Shown one piece after another: positions 13,996 to 28,127 of a stretch of 64,000 bases of DNA. The notes below the pieces were generated by a model. It ran no database searches. It saw only the letters and a list, made by a program, of their open reading frames with translations, and had not been told where the DNA came from. The translations under genes and the position numbers were made by a program. Numbering within the stretch: the stretch's first letter is position 1; every line of letters begins with the position of its first letter. Origin of the DNA: Octopus vulgaris (taxonomy: Eukaryota); assembly GCA_951406725.2 (NCBI GenBank), contig OX597824.1, forward strand, positions 23,684,001 through 23,748,000, in the 5' to 3' direction.

Positions 13996-15499
13996 TCCTA
14001 CCGTTATCTCTGCTTTCTCACAGCACTCACAGCATTAAAGAACTCATTTTCTCTCTCTCTCTTCTCTCTCTCTCTCTCTCCCTCCCTCTCTCTCTCTCTC
14101 TGTCTCTCTGTCTCTTTATCTCTCTCTGCGTTTGGTTTTAGAAATATTCCCCCTTCAATCATTCTGAAGATAATATCACTCAATCTACCATTCTATTTCT
14201 AATTTCAACCCACCCCCGCATGTCTGTCTGTGTGTCAATCATCGAGTCTTTTTTTCTTTACAAAACTCTTTATTTTCTTTACATATATTTCTTGGAATCT
14301 CATTTTAAAAATAACCAAAGTCGACATCTCTGCAACAATGGTAGGTGGAATTGGAAAGTTCAAGATTTATCTAAACTTTTGTAATTCTCGCTCAAGAGAA
14401 AAGACAAAAGAACCACCATGAATACAGACACATAGGTGTGGTGAACTTACATATAATTTCATATTCTTTTTTTCTCTATTGAAGAAACTTCATTGTAATT
14501 ACATAAATCTTGAAGGAATTGTTCTGTTTAATTTATCCTTATATTTTTTTCAAATTCTAAATTCTGTTAAGATTAGCGATGTATTTTGGTCTTTTAGGAT
14601 TAAAATGTCAATCAGTAAGATTCTTTTGTCTCATGGTTGTTCGTAAAGGTATCAAATTTTGTTTTATTTCTTCTACTGATTGTTAACTTTTTAAAAATTT
14701 TCATAATATTTTAGATACATACAGATATAGTTCTGAAAATCCCTTGACTATCAAATAAGTATGTAGAAGAGAACATTTTCAAATGAGATTCCATGAAATA
14801 GTGGAACATTAAAAAATTATGATACCAAAAATATCGTTGTATCTGTTGTATGGTTCTTGCAAAATTCGGTTTTAGGTTAAAACGGAATGGTCTAATGCAC
14901 ATCTGCCTGTCCCTTAAAGGTATTCTGTCTGTCCAAAAGAAATTGTATACGGAGCGTCTAAACACACTTCGAAGGCAGCAGAAACAATTATTTGAAACTT
15001 ATTACGAAAATTTTCAAAGAAATTCAGCGGGTTATGTCTAATAACAGGGAAAATCCTGATCAAAATTAATTATAGTTTCACAGGCCAAGCATATAACCAT
15101 CCTTCAATATCATTTTTAAAAGAGCTAACATACAAGGCGGTGCTCCAGCATGGCCACAGTCAAATGACTGAAACAAGTAAAAGAGTAAAAAAGTATACAT
15201 TTTAATAGCTTGCAGGATTCCGTAAATGAAAAATTCCAATCATTGAAGCAACAAGCATCGAATAAACAGAAGGCCCGTGATATTCTCCAGCTGCCGTCAT
15301 CGTTGGATTCGCTCTTGTAGAAAATCTCAGACCTAATTAAATAAATATGACAATTTATACAAAGCAATCCACCGTATTGAATATAGAGTTGGTCTAGGCA
15401 GCTTCCCTTACATCTCAGCAATCTAAGACATTTTTTTTGTGTTTTTTACTTGGTTTGCAATGCTTCCCAGCACATAACATCGAATAATAAAAATGCGCC

Positions 15500-15832
15500 C
15501 TGTAGATATAAATATCTCTTTGAAAATCAAAGAAAAAGAGGATATCATTTTTCCCGAGGGAGATCAAAGAGGAAAAGGATCCCATCAACTTTAAACACAG
15601 TCTGGATAGATTCCTTCAAAGAATACCAGATAAACCACCCATAATTGGATACAACTCACCCAACAAGAACTCACTACTTGAACAAAACTGGATACAACTC
15701 ACCCAACAAGAACTCACTACTTGAACAAAACTTGACTTAAACAGGACTCAAATAATCCTATCAGGTGGTGCTATTAAGTTAGACATGGCCTGGACCAATC
15801 TCTGGTCGAAACATATCTAAGTTTTATCTAAG

Positions 15833-15836
<4 letters not shown>
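15500..15836 (+). mobile_element. CR1/L2-group LINE 3' end fragment
   Basis: Translates IKEEKDPINFKHSLDRFLQRIPDKP..NSLL, matching the FK..LD.FL..PD.P C-terminal motif. Contains an internal tandem duplication of about 43 bp and a (TATCTAAGTTT)2 tail. Confidence 0.6.
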
Positions 15837-15892
<56 letters not shown>

Positions 15893-16239
15893 CGTCTGCC
15901 TGCCTGCCTGTCTGTCATTTAATCTATTTATCTATCAGTCTCTTAGATATTAGATATTAGATTCGGCGAACATGAAACAGTAAACAGCAAAACGCAAAAA
16001 GCGCTGCACTTGTTGTCACGTGCCAGCATTTCGTAAGCAGACATGGACATTGACCGATTAAACCGAAAACATAGAAACAATGCACCCTCATTCCCATCGC
16101 CAATTGACATTGACGAATTACTTTCGAATAAGAATGGAAGTTCGTTCTAAAGGTTTGACAGAAATGCGTAATTTTGTGGGTTTTGAAAGAGTTCGAAAGC
16201 CAACCGATAACCAGAGAGAAACAATGAAATTTTTTTAAA

Positions 16240-16472
16240 GGCGGCGAGCTGGGCAGAAACGTTAAGCAGGCCAGGCGAAATGCGTAGCCGTATTTCGTCT
16301 GCTGTTACGTTCTGAGTTCAAATTCCGCCGAGGTCAACTTTGCCTTCCATCCTTTCGGGGTCGATAAATTAAGTATCAGTTACGCGCTGGGATCGATATA
16401 ATAGACTTAATCCGTTTGTCTGTTCTTGTTTGTCCCCTCTGTGTGTAGCCCCATGTGAGCAGTAAAGAAATA
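16240..16472 (+). mobile_element. SINE family A monomer ending in the Tx1-like tail
   Basis: Head plus body, ending TCTGTGTGTAGCCCCATGTGAGCAGTAAAGAAATA. Confidence 0.85.
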
Positions 16473-16786
16473 CGAAACTAAAAGAAGCGCAAAAAAAAAA
16501 AATTAATGACCACACTATAAAGGCGCCGGTATGGTTGTGTGGTTAAGAAGTTCGCTTCGCAGCCACGCAGTCCCGGGATCAATTTTTTCTACACAATACC
16601 TTTGGCAAATATTACCTACGATAGCCCTGGACAAATCAATACCATATAAAAACTGAAGAACCACTGTAGTAACTCTGTGAATCCGAGAGGGGAATATGTT
16701 GAACAAAATCATAATTAACTGATCTTCCAGTATTTTCTTTTACCCACAGCCAGGAACTTTTCAGCAACCCAGCGTATATATATATA

Positions 16787-16839
<53 letters not shown>

Positions 16840-17109
16840 TACATATAGTTATAGACAGGTATTTCTGTTCATCTTCAATTCAGCTCAGGTACGTGATGTT
16901 GACAAGCCACAAAAATGGTGAAACAAAGATGTCCATCGCCTTTCTATACGACTTGAGCTAAGTTCTCCTGTCTGTCTATCGCTTTAGGTGATTTAATAAC
17001 CAGCGCTTTGAGACACTCATCTCCACTCCGTACACACACACAGACACACACACACATACACACACACACAAACACACACATATACATATGTACCACAATA
17101 TGGCACGTG

Positions 17110-17447
17110 GGCAGGTGGCTTCTACTAAGCCTTGGGCTGACCAAAGCCTTGTGAGTAGACTTGGTAGACGGAAACTGAAAGAAGCCCGTTGTATACATGT
17201 GTATATGTGTGTGTATGTGTTTATGTGTTTGTACGCGTGTATGTGCGTGTGTGTGTGTGTTTTTGTGTCTGTGTTAGTTCCTCACCACAGCTTGACAACC
17301 GTTGTTTGTTTGTTTACATCCTCGTAAATTAGCTCTTCGGAAAAAGCAACCGATAGAATAAGTACTGGGGTCGATTCGTTCCACTAAAACGTCTTCAAGG
17401 CTGTACTCCAGTATAGTGGCATGGTGGCAGCCTAATGACGGAAACCA
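17110..17447 (+). mobile_element. SINE family B, 3' portion
   Basis: GACCAAAGCCTTGTGAGTAGACTTGGTAGACGGAAACTGAAAGAAGCCCG and tail match other copies. Confidence 0.7.
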
Positions 17448-17750
17448 ATACGTACATACATACATACATACATACATACATACATACATACATACATACA
17501 TACATGCATACATACAGTTGTACGTATATACATTCATTCATACATACATAGACACATATAGACACGGATATATGTTTTATCCAAAATGGAGACGAACGCC
17601 GTTCCTCCATATAATCGGCTTAAAAAATTAAGATATGAAGATATTTTTTTATTTTTCTTGATATGAAACCAATGGTAGCCTTAAAACACAAATAAAGAAA
17701 TTCTATCCACCAACTGCGGTATTGAGCAGTCATTTCCATCGTTCGACATT

Positions 17751-17866
<116 letters not shown>

Positions 17867-17916
17867 TAATAGAAATATGTTACAAAAAGAAAATAGAAGC
17901 TACACGTAGAAATGTA

Positions 17917-18314
17917 AGGGGAAGGTAAGAAGAAAAATAAGCGAAAATTCACATTGGAAATCCAAAAAGTAAAGGCTTTTAATGAAATGTAACGATAGAT
18001 ATATACAAGTAGACGAACTGAGGTAGGAATAAAAGTAATAAAATTCATTATTGTGAATTGTTAAAGAGATTTAAAAGCATACCGGTTTCGTAAATTTACT
18101 AATCGGCGTGCATTCAAAGCAATGATTAGTAAATTTACAAAACCGGTATACTTTTGAATCCCTTTAACAATTCACAATAATGACTTTTATTACTTTTATT
18201 CCTACCTCAGTCCATCCAATTGTATATATATATATCGTTACTTTTCATAAAAAGCCTCTACTTTTTTTGATTTCCAATATGCATTTTCGCTTATTTTTCT
18301 TCTTACTTTCCCCT
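17917..18314. repeat. Imperfect inverted repeat (arms about 190 bp) with decayed hammerhead at the centre
   Basis: 17917-18104 is the reverse complement of 18124-18314 with scattered mismatches. Confidence 0.85.
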
Positions 18315-18317
18315 ATA

Positions 18318-18373
<56 letters not shown>

Positions 18374-18686
18374 AAGGCGCAATGGCCCAGTGGTTAGGGC
18401 AGCGGACTCGTGGTTGTAGGATCGCGGTTTCGATTCCCAGACCGGGCGTTGTGAGTGTTTATTGAGCGAAAACACCTAAGAACTCCACGAGTCTCCGGCA
18501 GGGGGTGGTGGCGATCCCTGCTGTACTCTTTCACCACAACTTTCTCTCACTCTTTCTTCTGTTGGCCTGCTCGCTTAGCCAGCGGGGTGGCGTCATTTGA
18601 AGGCTAAAAACAATACGAAGCGCATTGTGGACCAGCGATGTGTAACAACATCTGATAGCCTGGTCGGTCACGGTGATCACGGTGAT
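18374..18686 (+). mobile_element. SINE family C (tRNA-derived head), alternative tail
   Basis: GGCGCAATGGCCCAGTGGTTAGGGCAGCGGACTCG...GGTTTCGATTCC head matches 39939-40321; the 3' part differs. Confidence 0.8.
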
Positions 18687-18702
18687 ATATATATATATAC
18701 AC

Positions 18703-18754
<52 letters not shown>

Positions 18755-20289
18755 TCGTTTATATATATATATATATATATATGTACGTGTGTGTGTATGT
18801 GTGTGTGTGTGTGTGTGTCTGTCTGTATCTGTGTCTCTGTGTAATATAGGTATGCAATACTGCAAACAAAAATACGCAATTCAATATGCAGCAATTTGCA
18901 CGAATTTTATTGCGCAATTGAAAAGTTGTTTTTTTTTTCTCTGTGTTTGTTGGTTTCACATACAAAATATGGAACATGTCCTCTATGACATGGCTGACGG
19001 ATATGGAGGGTCAGTATGTGGTATGTGTATGAGTCTGTACGTGTCTGTGCTCGTGCGCGCGCGCGCGTGTTCGTGTGTGTATGTTTGTGTCTATGTGTGT
19101 GCTTGTATTAGAGTGTACATCTATGTATGTGTGCTTTTTTCCTTGAAATTTATTTCAATTCCTCTTTACAGAATTCAACCCGGTCACAAACAAAAGTGAC
19201 AAGGCTGGTATGTTTTGAATGAAGGCAACTCTAGAAATTTGTGCATATGTGAGTGCGTGTTTATATGTGAGTGCGTGTTTATATGTGAGTGCGTGTTTAT
19301 ATATAAATGCGAGGCTGTGGGAATGTTTACTGTGAGTGCTTATTGAGTTAAAATCTTATAAATCTTGTGAGTGTGTGTCTGGATATTCCAATTACGCAAT
19401 CTGTTTACAATTCTCCTTAACATCTTGGTTTCAAATTCTGGCACCAAGCCAGAAAGTTCTACCTCAGGAATTTAGTCGCTTACATCGACCCCAGTGTTCA
19501 ACAGGTTATCTTCTTTTATCGACCCAGCTTAGAAAAAAAGGTTAAGTCGACCTCGGCAGAATTGGAACACCGAAAGCATAGACGGACGAAATGCTGCTAA
19601 GCACATTGTCCGGTGTGCTGCCGATTCTGCCAGCTTGCTGCGTTCAAGTTTCATTAATTTATTAACGTGAGACTGATTCTTATATACACATGTACGTATG
19701 TAGATATGTTGCTATAATCCTTAACATATTGGATTGTTATAACGCCCATATCGGTATACAGTATCCTTCGTAAAACGAGTAAAGACACGATTATCTCTGA
19801 CTTCCTACTACGTGCTCAGGTACTTCTCTTTATTTATAGTGACTAAGTTATTCCATTCGTCACTAATTCCCAACAATTTACGTATGTATTTATGTATGTA
19901 TGTGTGTGTGTCTGTATGTGTATATATGAATGTATGTATGCATGTAGGAATGTATATATGCATATGTGTATGTTGGTCGAGGGCGCGTGGCCTAGTGGTA
20001 AGCGTGTTGCACTCACTATCGCAAAATCGCAGTTTCAATCCTCGGACAGGTTAGTGCGTTGTATTCTCAAGCAAAACACTTCATCTTACATCCATTACCG
20101 AACTAGACGGTGCAAAACACCATTTTACGATTTTACGTTGGCCTTCAAATTCCACCGAGATCGACTTTGCCTTTCATCCTTTTCGGTCGATAAATTAAGT
20201 ACCAGATGCGTACTAGGGACGATCTGATCGACTGGCCTCCTCCCCCAAAATTTCAGGCCTTGTGTCTAGAGCAGAAAAGAATATTTTTC

Positions 20290-21322
20290 AGGCGGCGAGC
20301 TGGCAGAAACGTTAGCACGCCGGACGAAATGCTTAGCGGTTTTTCGTCTGTCTTCATGTTCTGAGTTCAAATTCGGCAGAGGTTGACTTTCATCCTTTCG
20401 GGGTCGATAAATTAAGTACCAGTTACGCACTGGGGTCGATATAATCGACTTAATCTGTTTGTCTGTCCTTGTTTATCCTCTCTGTGTTTAGCCCCTTGTG
20501 GGTAGTAAAGAAATAGGTATTTCGTCTGTCTTTACGTTCCGCAGAGGTTGACTTTCGTCCTTTCGGGGTCGATAAATTAAGTACCAGTTACGCACTGGGG
20601 TCGATATAATCAACTTAATCTGTTTGTCTGTCCTTGTTTATCCTCTCTGTGTTTAGCCCCTTGTGGGTAGTAAAGAAATAGGTATTTCGTCTGTCTTTAC
20701 GTTCCGCAGAGGTTGACTTTCGTCCTTTCGGGGTCAATAAATTAAGTACCAGTTACGCACTGGGGTCGATATAATCAACTTAATCTGTTTGTCTGTCCTT
20801 GTTTATCCTCTCTGTGTTTAGCCCCTTGTGGGTAGTAAAGAAATAGGTATTTCGTCTGTCTTTACGTTCCGCAGAGGTTGACTTTCGTCCTTTCGGGGTC
20901 TATAAATTAAGTACCAGTTACGCACTGGGGTCGATATAATCAACTTAATCTGTTTGTCTGTCCTTGTTTATCCTCTCTGTGTTTAGCCCCTTGTGGGTAG
21001 TAAAGAAATAGGTATTTCGTCTGTCTTTACGTTCCGCAGAGGTTGACTTTCGTCCTTTCGGGGTTGATAAATTAAGTACCAGTTACGCACTGGGGTCGAT
21101 ATAATCAACTTAATCTGTTTGTCTGTCCTTGTTTATCCTCTCTGTGTTTAGCCCCTTGTGGGTAGTAAAGAAATAGGTATTTCGTCTGTCTTTACGTTCC
21201 GCAGAGGTTGACTTTCGTCCTTTCGGGGTTGATAAATTAAGTACAAGCTACGTACTGGGGTCGAGCTAATCGACTGCCCCCACCAAAAATAATTCCGGAC
21301 CTTGTGCCAAGAGTGGAAAAGA
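20290..21322 (+). repeat. SINE A head followed by a 165-bp tandem array
   Basis: Units start at 20521, 20686, 20851, 21016 and 21181 and are near-identical. Confidence 0.92.
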
Positions 21323-21644
21323 ATTTAGAGTGAACTTCATGATTTGTTCATCATTCTTCAACTCTAATAGCCCCAAATATCGCGATCTTTAGTGTTTGAA
21401 TTAAGGATTTGCGTTCTCTCCCTAAGAACCCAAGTTCAGCCATACTCGATTCCAACCTGAATGCTAGGTACCCTGTTGCTCTGATGATAACAGATATTGA
21501 AGCTGAAAGTGTATCTTGAGTACTGGATTTGCAAACTCCTTATTAATAGTCCATCAATGTCCTCTTTTTCTTGTATTCTTCGAACCACGTTGGGGGTCCG
21601 GGGCCCATGTGTTTCTATGCATGATTTATGTATGTATGTATGTA

Positions 21645-22210
21645 TTGGGTTGTCCGGAAAGTTCGTGCCGATTTATAGTAGCTTACCTTTCGACTTATTT
21701 TAGCACATGGTTGAGTCCATAAAATAGGATTTGACTACACCTCCATTTAGAGCACAGTTTAAGCTATATTTTCGTGGAAGAACGTTTATGTTCCTATTAC
21801 CTGTGTTAATTCTGTAACCCTTTGAAATGGATGATAAGAAAGTTCATTTTCGGCACTTGATGCTTTGGGAACCAGACAAAAATTGCTGCAGCTCGGCTGG
21901 GATGAGTTACCCCACCCTCCATATATACCAGATATTGCTCCTTCGGATTTCCACTTATTCAGGTCTCTGCAGAATAGTCTTAATGGTAAAAATTTCAATT
22001 CTTTGGATGACGTAAAAAGATACCTTGATGAATTATTTGCCATGAAACCACCTCAATTCTGGGAAGAGGATATTTTCAAACTAAAGGAAAGATGGAGACG
22101 CATTGTGCAACAAAATGTTTCATATTTGGTTGAATAAAAATGTAATATCAAGTATTTATTGACCTTTTTCTTTCTTTAAAACACCCGCCCGAACTTTCTG
22201 GACAACCCAA
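21645..22210 (+). mobile_element. Internally deleted mariner transposon
   Basis: TIRs TTGGGTTGTCCGGAAAGTTCG / CGAACTTTCTGGACAACCCAA with TA TSD in (TATG)n. N-terminal MDDKKVHFRHLML is joined to C-terminal HPPYIPDIAPSDFHLFRSL...W. Confidence 0.92.
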
Positions 22211-23639
22211 TATGTATGTATGTATGTATGTATGTATGTGTTTGTGTGTGTGTATGTATGCATGCATGTATGTACGCATGCATATATGTATGTATATGTG
22301 TGGTATATGTGTGTATACGTGTGAGCGTGTGTGTGCATAAATGATTTCTTCTGGTTTTAACGTAGAGTTAATTTTGATCGGCCAACTGTTTAGTAGAAAT
22401 GTTGGAAAGAAAAGCATTTTGTTTTGTTCATCATAATTAAGAACTTAATAACATCTTGCAGATTTTTATCGTTCCAACTTTCACGACCATTTTGTAACGT
22501 CAAGAATCCAGGTTAAGCTAAGTTTTGCTCCAGGCGGGTTGGTACGTATCCGGTGGCCCCAATGATAATATATATGAAACTGAACGTGCATTTCGAGTAC
22601 TGGATTTGTAACCCGTTATCAATGGTCCATAGATATTTCTTTTTTTATTTCTGCAATTTTTATCCCGGAACTCAGAGGACCGGCTGAAATACACAAGGTA
22701 TCCGGTACGATATTGTAACAGCTCTAACAAACAAGAAACATCCCAAATCCAGGAGGTGGAGGTCTTAAACCAGGTCACTGATTAAATCTATCAAGGAAGA
22801 AGACAACGGCAGAATTTTGATCTCAGAATAACAAAGAACCAGAAAATTTCCACAAGGCACCGGGGACGGCTTTTTAACAGTTCCTTCAAACTACATAAGA
22901 CGTCTAAGTTACCAGCTGTTGATTTCATACTGGGAAATAGATTAAAAACTATCACTGAAATATACCACGGCAGGTATTTTGGTTTCAGATAGCAATGAGA
23001 CTGTGAAAATACCACAAGGTATCTGGCCCAAAGCTTTAACGATTTTTCTTGCTCACTGCTCCTGAGTAGTCCTTAATCAACTGAAAAAAATAACTGTAAA
23101 GCTCAGTATTTGTAGAATGATATTGAATTGTCAGAAAAAAATCTTTCTTTTTTTCCTACTTGTATCCTACATCGTCACATGTTTGTAAAAAGCTCAAGCT
23201 TGTTCAAATTTCAAAAATGATGGACAAAAGATGTAGAAGAAGAATAGATCTACAAAAGTCAAAAAAGCTGTAACAAAAATGCTTTTCCTGTTAATTCAAA
23301 TAACCTTGAAAACGATACTAAAATGAAAGAAAAAAAAGCTAATGAATTTATTTCGCAATCTTTATATATTCTGTCTATCACAGAAGGATAAGCAGCAGAT
23401 TCAACATGTGGGATTTGAGCCCAGAATGTAAAGGGACTTATTTAAATACCACACGGTATTTTTATCTTGCGCTCTATCGATCCGAATATTTTAATAAACA
23501 TCAGAAAAGATACGAAACAAAAAAGAGAAAAATGGTAAGTCTTCGGAAAGAAGAAAATATAAACATGAAGATGTCGACAGATCTTTCCAAAATCTTTCCA
23601 GAGGTGCAAACATTTCACACTACTACTGCTACGACGGCT

Positions 23640-23650
23640 TATTGTCGTTG

Positions 23651-23682
<32 letters not shown>

Positions 23683-24035
23683 GGTAGTGGTGGTGGTGGT
23701 TTGGTGGTGGTGGCGGTGGTGGTGGCGGTGGTGTTGGCACTAATGTTTGTTGTTGTTGTTAGTGATAGCACTGCTGTTATTGTTGTTGGTGGTGGAGGTG
23801 ATGGTGGTGGTAGTGATGGTGGTGGTAGTGATGTGGTAGTGATGGTGGTGGTAGTGATGGCGGTGGTGGTGGTGGTGGTGGTGGTGGTGGTGGTGGTGAT
23901 AGTGATGGTGGTGGCGGTGTTAGTGGTGGGGGTCGATGTGTTTTTTTTTATTTTGTCGTTGGTAGTGTTCCTTTTGTGTTTGTTGTAGCAATTGTTGCTA
24001 TAGTTTGTTGTTGTTGTTCTTGTTGTTGTTATTGA
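23640..24035. repeat. (GGT)n/(GTT)n microsatellite field
   Basis: Directly visible. Confidence 0.85.
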
Positions 24036-24653
24036 TGAAGGTGGCGCTGCTGTTTGTGTGTTTGTACTTTTACCACTTTAATAGCCTATCAGGTAGCAAT
24101 TCTCATCAGTGTAACGTTTGATGATATTCTTTGTGACGTTTTCGGAAATGAAGAACATGAAGAGAATGTCTCTTGACAGTCGGCTGTCCCTGAAGTTTGG
24201 TAAATGAATAACAACACCACCACCAACAACTACAACAACAACAACACCAATAAGAAGAACAGCAAGAACAGCAGCAGTAACAACATCAACAGCAGCAGCA
24301 GCAGCAGCAACAAAATGGCTGCCAGTGTGTAGGGAATTCACAAACGCAACGGTTCTCACTTCCTAGTTTTATTTGGTACAAGTGAAAGTTCGTTTACTTG
24401 ACGGTATGCTAATATCTGTTTCTAATGTGTAACGTGTAGCATAATCTCAACGCACTTCCTCTCACTCTAAGACCCGTGTGTCTATATTAAAACACTTCGG
24501 CTCGTTATCTTATATCGATAATCTTATCAAGTTCACAGTTACTTACAGACACTAGAGGACAGTTAAACTTACACACACACACACATATGTACATCTATAT
24601 ATCTATATCTATTTATATATATATATATATATATGCATATATGCATACATTCA

Positions 24654-24844
24654 CCATGATAGATCGGTAGCCACTAAACCCTTTTCTATTTTCTCTCCCT
24701 GTTTATTTCTGTGTTCCTTTCTGTCGGAGAGAGCAGGCTCGAAACGTAAAAGACTTTCTCATTTCCCGAGCGTTAAACTAATACATCTGTTTGTTGCTCA
24801 CACACCCGTCTTCGTCTTTTTGTTTTCTTTTTGTAAATTCTCAC
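24654..24844 (+). mobile_element. Family D short element with hammerhead-like motif (24717-24752)
   Basis: cttt-CTGTCGG-agagagcaggctc-GAAA-cg-TA-aaag; four copies in the window. Confidence 0.7.
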
Positions 24845-24854
24845 TAAATATGCA

Positions 24855-24923
<69 letters not shown>

Positions 24924-24996
24924 ATGTATGTATGCATGTGTATGTATATATATGTGTGTGTGTGTGTGTGTGTATGCGAAAATATATTTATATATA

Positions 24997-25054
<58 letters not shown>

Positions 25055-25101
25055 GGTCATTTCAAAACGTAACCGTCTTCTCTTCTATTGGATTTTCTTC
25101 T

Positions 25102-25137
25102 GCTTCCGAAGAAGAGCGTCTGCTCGAAACGTTAAAC
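25102..25137 (+). ncRNA. Hammerhead-like motif (family E, U4C core)
   Basis: gctt-CCGAAGA-a-gagc gtct gctc-GAAA-cg-TT-aaac; homologous to 58692-58726. Confidence 0.45.
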
Positions 25138-25209
25138 CATCTTTCTTTCCTTTAAATAATGAGGGTAGAAATTGATATCAATCAACAACAATTTAAATCA
25201 GTTGCTATT

Positions 25210-25490
25210 GTTTGTTCCTTCTCGAGCCATGCCTAGCTCATAGGGCCGGTTTCCCGGTTTCCCTGACGTATAGGTTCCCCACCTGGACGGGACACCGGTC
25301 CGTCGCCGGTGAACTGCAGATGCAGGAGAAAAGAATGAGAGAAAGTTGTGGCGAAAGAGTCAGCAGAAGTTCGCTATTACCTTCTGCCGGAGCCGCTTGG
25401 AGCTTAGGTGGAGCTTAGGTCTGAGATTCGAATCGGTGATCCTTCGACCGCGAGTCCACTGCTCTAACCACTAGGCCACGTGCCTCCACA
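25210..25490 (-). mobile_element. SINE related to family C
   Basis: Minus strand GGAGGCACGTGGCCTAGTGGTTAGAGCAGTGGACTCGCGGTCG... and shared CCACAACTTTCTCTC. Confidence 0.7.
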
Positions 25491-25613
25491 AATTAAACCA
25501 GTAGTTTATCATATTTTTAAAAATCCGGAGACTTAAAAATTATATTACAATTAATAAGAGGACTGAACACCAAAGTGGATTCCAAATATGCTAAAGAGAG
25601 ACGTCAAATCGCC

Positions 25614-26088
25614 TTACCACGGGAAACAGTTGAGGGAGAGTACAAGTTCGGCCAGACGAAGAAGTGTGGACATGTCAGATTGGGGGTTGGGATGAAGGTC
25701 TAGGAAGTATTTGAGGGCAAGAAGTCCTTCGTTGTTTGGGATCACCGTATATAGACTTTTGATATCAAAAGAGAAGGGAAGTTTAGAGTGGCCAAGAGGG
25801 AATGAGAAAGAGCTGAAAAGACGGAGAGCATGGTTAGTGTCGTGGATGTGTGTGTCGGAGGGAAGTAAGCCGCTTGGGGGCAAGAACATGATCAGGGTAT
25901 TTCAAGATCAGTTCCAAGGGTCAGTTACAGCCGGAGAGGATGAGGCGGCCAGGGTGGTTGGGCTTGTGGATTTTTGAAAGGAAGTAAAGGGTGGAGGTGC
26001 GTGGGGTTCGTACAATGAGGTTGGAGGCGGTGGGAGGAAGAAGGGAGGGGGAGACGTGGTCATGGATAGTGGAGGACACAGTCTATTG
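25614..26088 (-). pseudogene. Penelope-like element reverse transcriptase fragment
   Basis: Frameshifted KIHKP..PGRLILSGCN followed by HIHDTNHAL...FSFDIKSLYTVIP..EGLLAL...LAELVLSLNCF, typical PLE RT motifs. Confidence 0.85.
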
Positions 26089-26108
26089 GTATATATATAT
26101 ATATATAA

Positions 26109-26512
26109 TGGCCGCAGGAGTGGCTGTGTGGTAAGTAGCTTGCTAACCAACCACATGGTTCTGGGTTCAGTCCCACTGCGTGGCATCTTGGGCAAGTGTC
26201 TTCTGCTATAGCCCCGAGCCGACCAATGCCTTGTGAGTGGATTTGGTAGACGGAAACTGAAAGAAGCCTGTCGTATATATGTATATGTATATATGTATGT
26301 ATGTGTTTGTGTGTCTGTGTTTGTCCCCCTAGCAACTTGACAACCGATGCTGATGTGTTTACGTCCCCGTTACTTAGCGGTTCGGCAAAAGAGACCGATA
26401 TAATAAGTACTGGGCTTACAAAGAATAAGTCCCGAGGTCGATTTGCTCGACTAAAGGCGGTGCTCCAGCATGGCCGCAGTCAAATGACTGAAACAAGTAA
26501 AAGAGTAAAAGA
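26109..26512 (+). mobile_element. SINE family B, full length
   Basis: Matches 4521-4930 and 49583-50025. Confidence 0.88.
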
Positions 26513-26881
26513 ATAATGTATATTAAATATATATATCTTAAATATATATCGACTTCAATGGTGCTATTGTTAAATAAAAAGGTACAATTTGTCGCGAGGA
26601 GTGGAAAGTTTTGCGTTTCGAACGTAGTAATTCTTCACCAAAAATTTACTTTAAATAAATTTAACTTATGATAGACAGCATCCTCTAAGTTTGAAAGTCT
26701 GGCAGCAATTAGATTTTTCAATTTCCCAAGGCAAGTTCAATGTTCTCTTTTAATCGATTTCACTAAATGATACAAGTCTTGTCGACTATACATATATATA
26801 TGTGTATGTGTGTGTATGTGTATATATGTATATGGACAGGTATACATATTCAGACATATATATACCTACATACATACATAC

Positions 26882-26921
<40 letters not shown>

Positions 26922-26980
26922 AGAAAAAAATAAGTGAAAAAGAAAAAGAAAAGGACAGAAACAGACTTAAATGCAAAATG

Positions 26981-27030
<50 letters not shown>

Positions 27031-27611
27031 TACTGCCATATGTATGTACATATGTATGTTATATAGGCTTCTACTCGTACATTTATACATAGATATGTCC
27101 ATAAACACGGTCATATAGACACATACACATCTGTATGTGCATATATATATATAAATATATACACACATATATGAATAAATACAGATATTTATATATCTAT
27201 CTATATATATAGATATATATATATATGTGTGTGTGTGTGCGCATGTGAGTGTGTATGTATGTGCGTGTGCCTGTGTGTGTGTGTGTGTGTTTATAATTCT
27301 TTTTAATTTCTTAATTATACCCTATTGTTTCTATCAATTTCTAACAATCAAAACGTACTTAACACAAATATATATATCTCCATACACATTGAAAAGTAGA
27401 CGACGTAGTTAAATATTTATATCTGAAATACAATCTTTTCCTATTTAGTTGAGAAATCTAACGTCTACCAGAAGATCTCTGTCGTCCTTTTAACTTTAAA
27501 CAAAATCTTTAACACATATGAATGCAGTCAACGTCATCAAAGAATATCTTGGAGTTAATTCCATCTGTTTTCGTCTTTTTTTTCTTTTCATATCGTGCGT
27601 CTGTATTTTTT

Positions 27612-27613
<2 letters not shown>

Positions 27614-27649
<36 letters not shown>

Positions 27650-28059
27650 GATGTTATCATCATCATCATCATCATCATCATCATTATTATCATTATTATT
27701 ATTATTATTATCATCATCATTATTATTATTATCATCATCATCATTATTATTATTATTATTATTATCATCATCATCATTATTATTATTATTATTATAAATT
27801 ATTATTATATTTTTTATTGTTATTGTTGTTATTAATATTATCATCATCATCACCATCATCGTCGTCATCATCATCATCAAATCTTATTCTCATTGTTATT
27901 ATCATTATCATCATCATTATTATTATTGTTGTTGTTTTTGTTGTTGTTGTTATGATTATTATTATCATCATCATCATCATATTTAATTTTATTCTTCTTA
28001 TCATTATTATTATTATATCATTATAATCATCATTATTATTATTGTTATTATTATTATCA

Positions 28060-28118
<59 letters not shown>

Positions 28119-28127
28119 GTTATTATT
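27614..28127. repeat. (ATT)n/(ATC)n microsatellite field
   Basis: Directly visible. Confidence 0.9.

Noticed and set aside
20290-21322. Regular array as a possible CRISPR
   Set aside because: Whole units are repeated with no unique spacers; it is SINE-derived, eukaryotic and has no cas genes.
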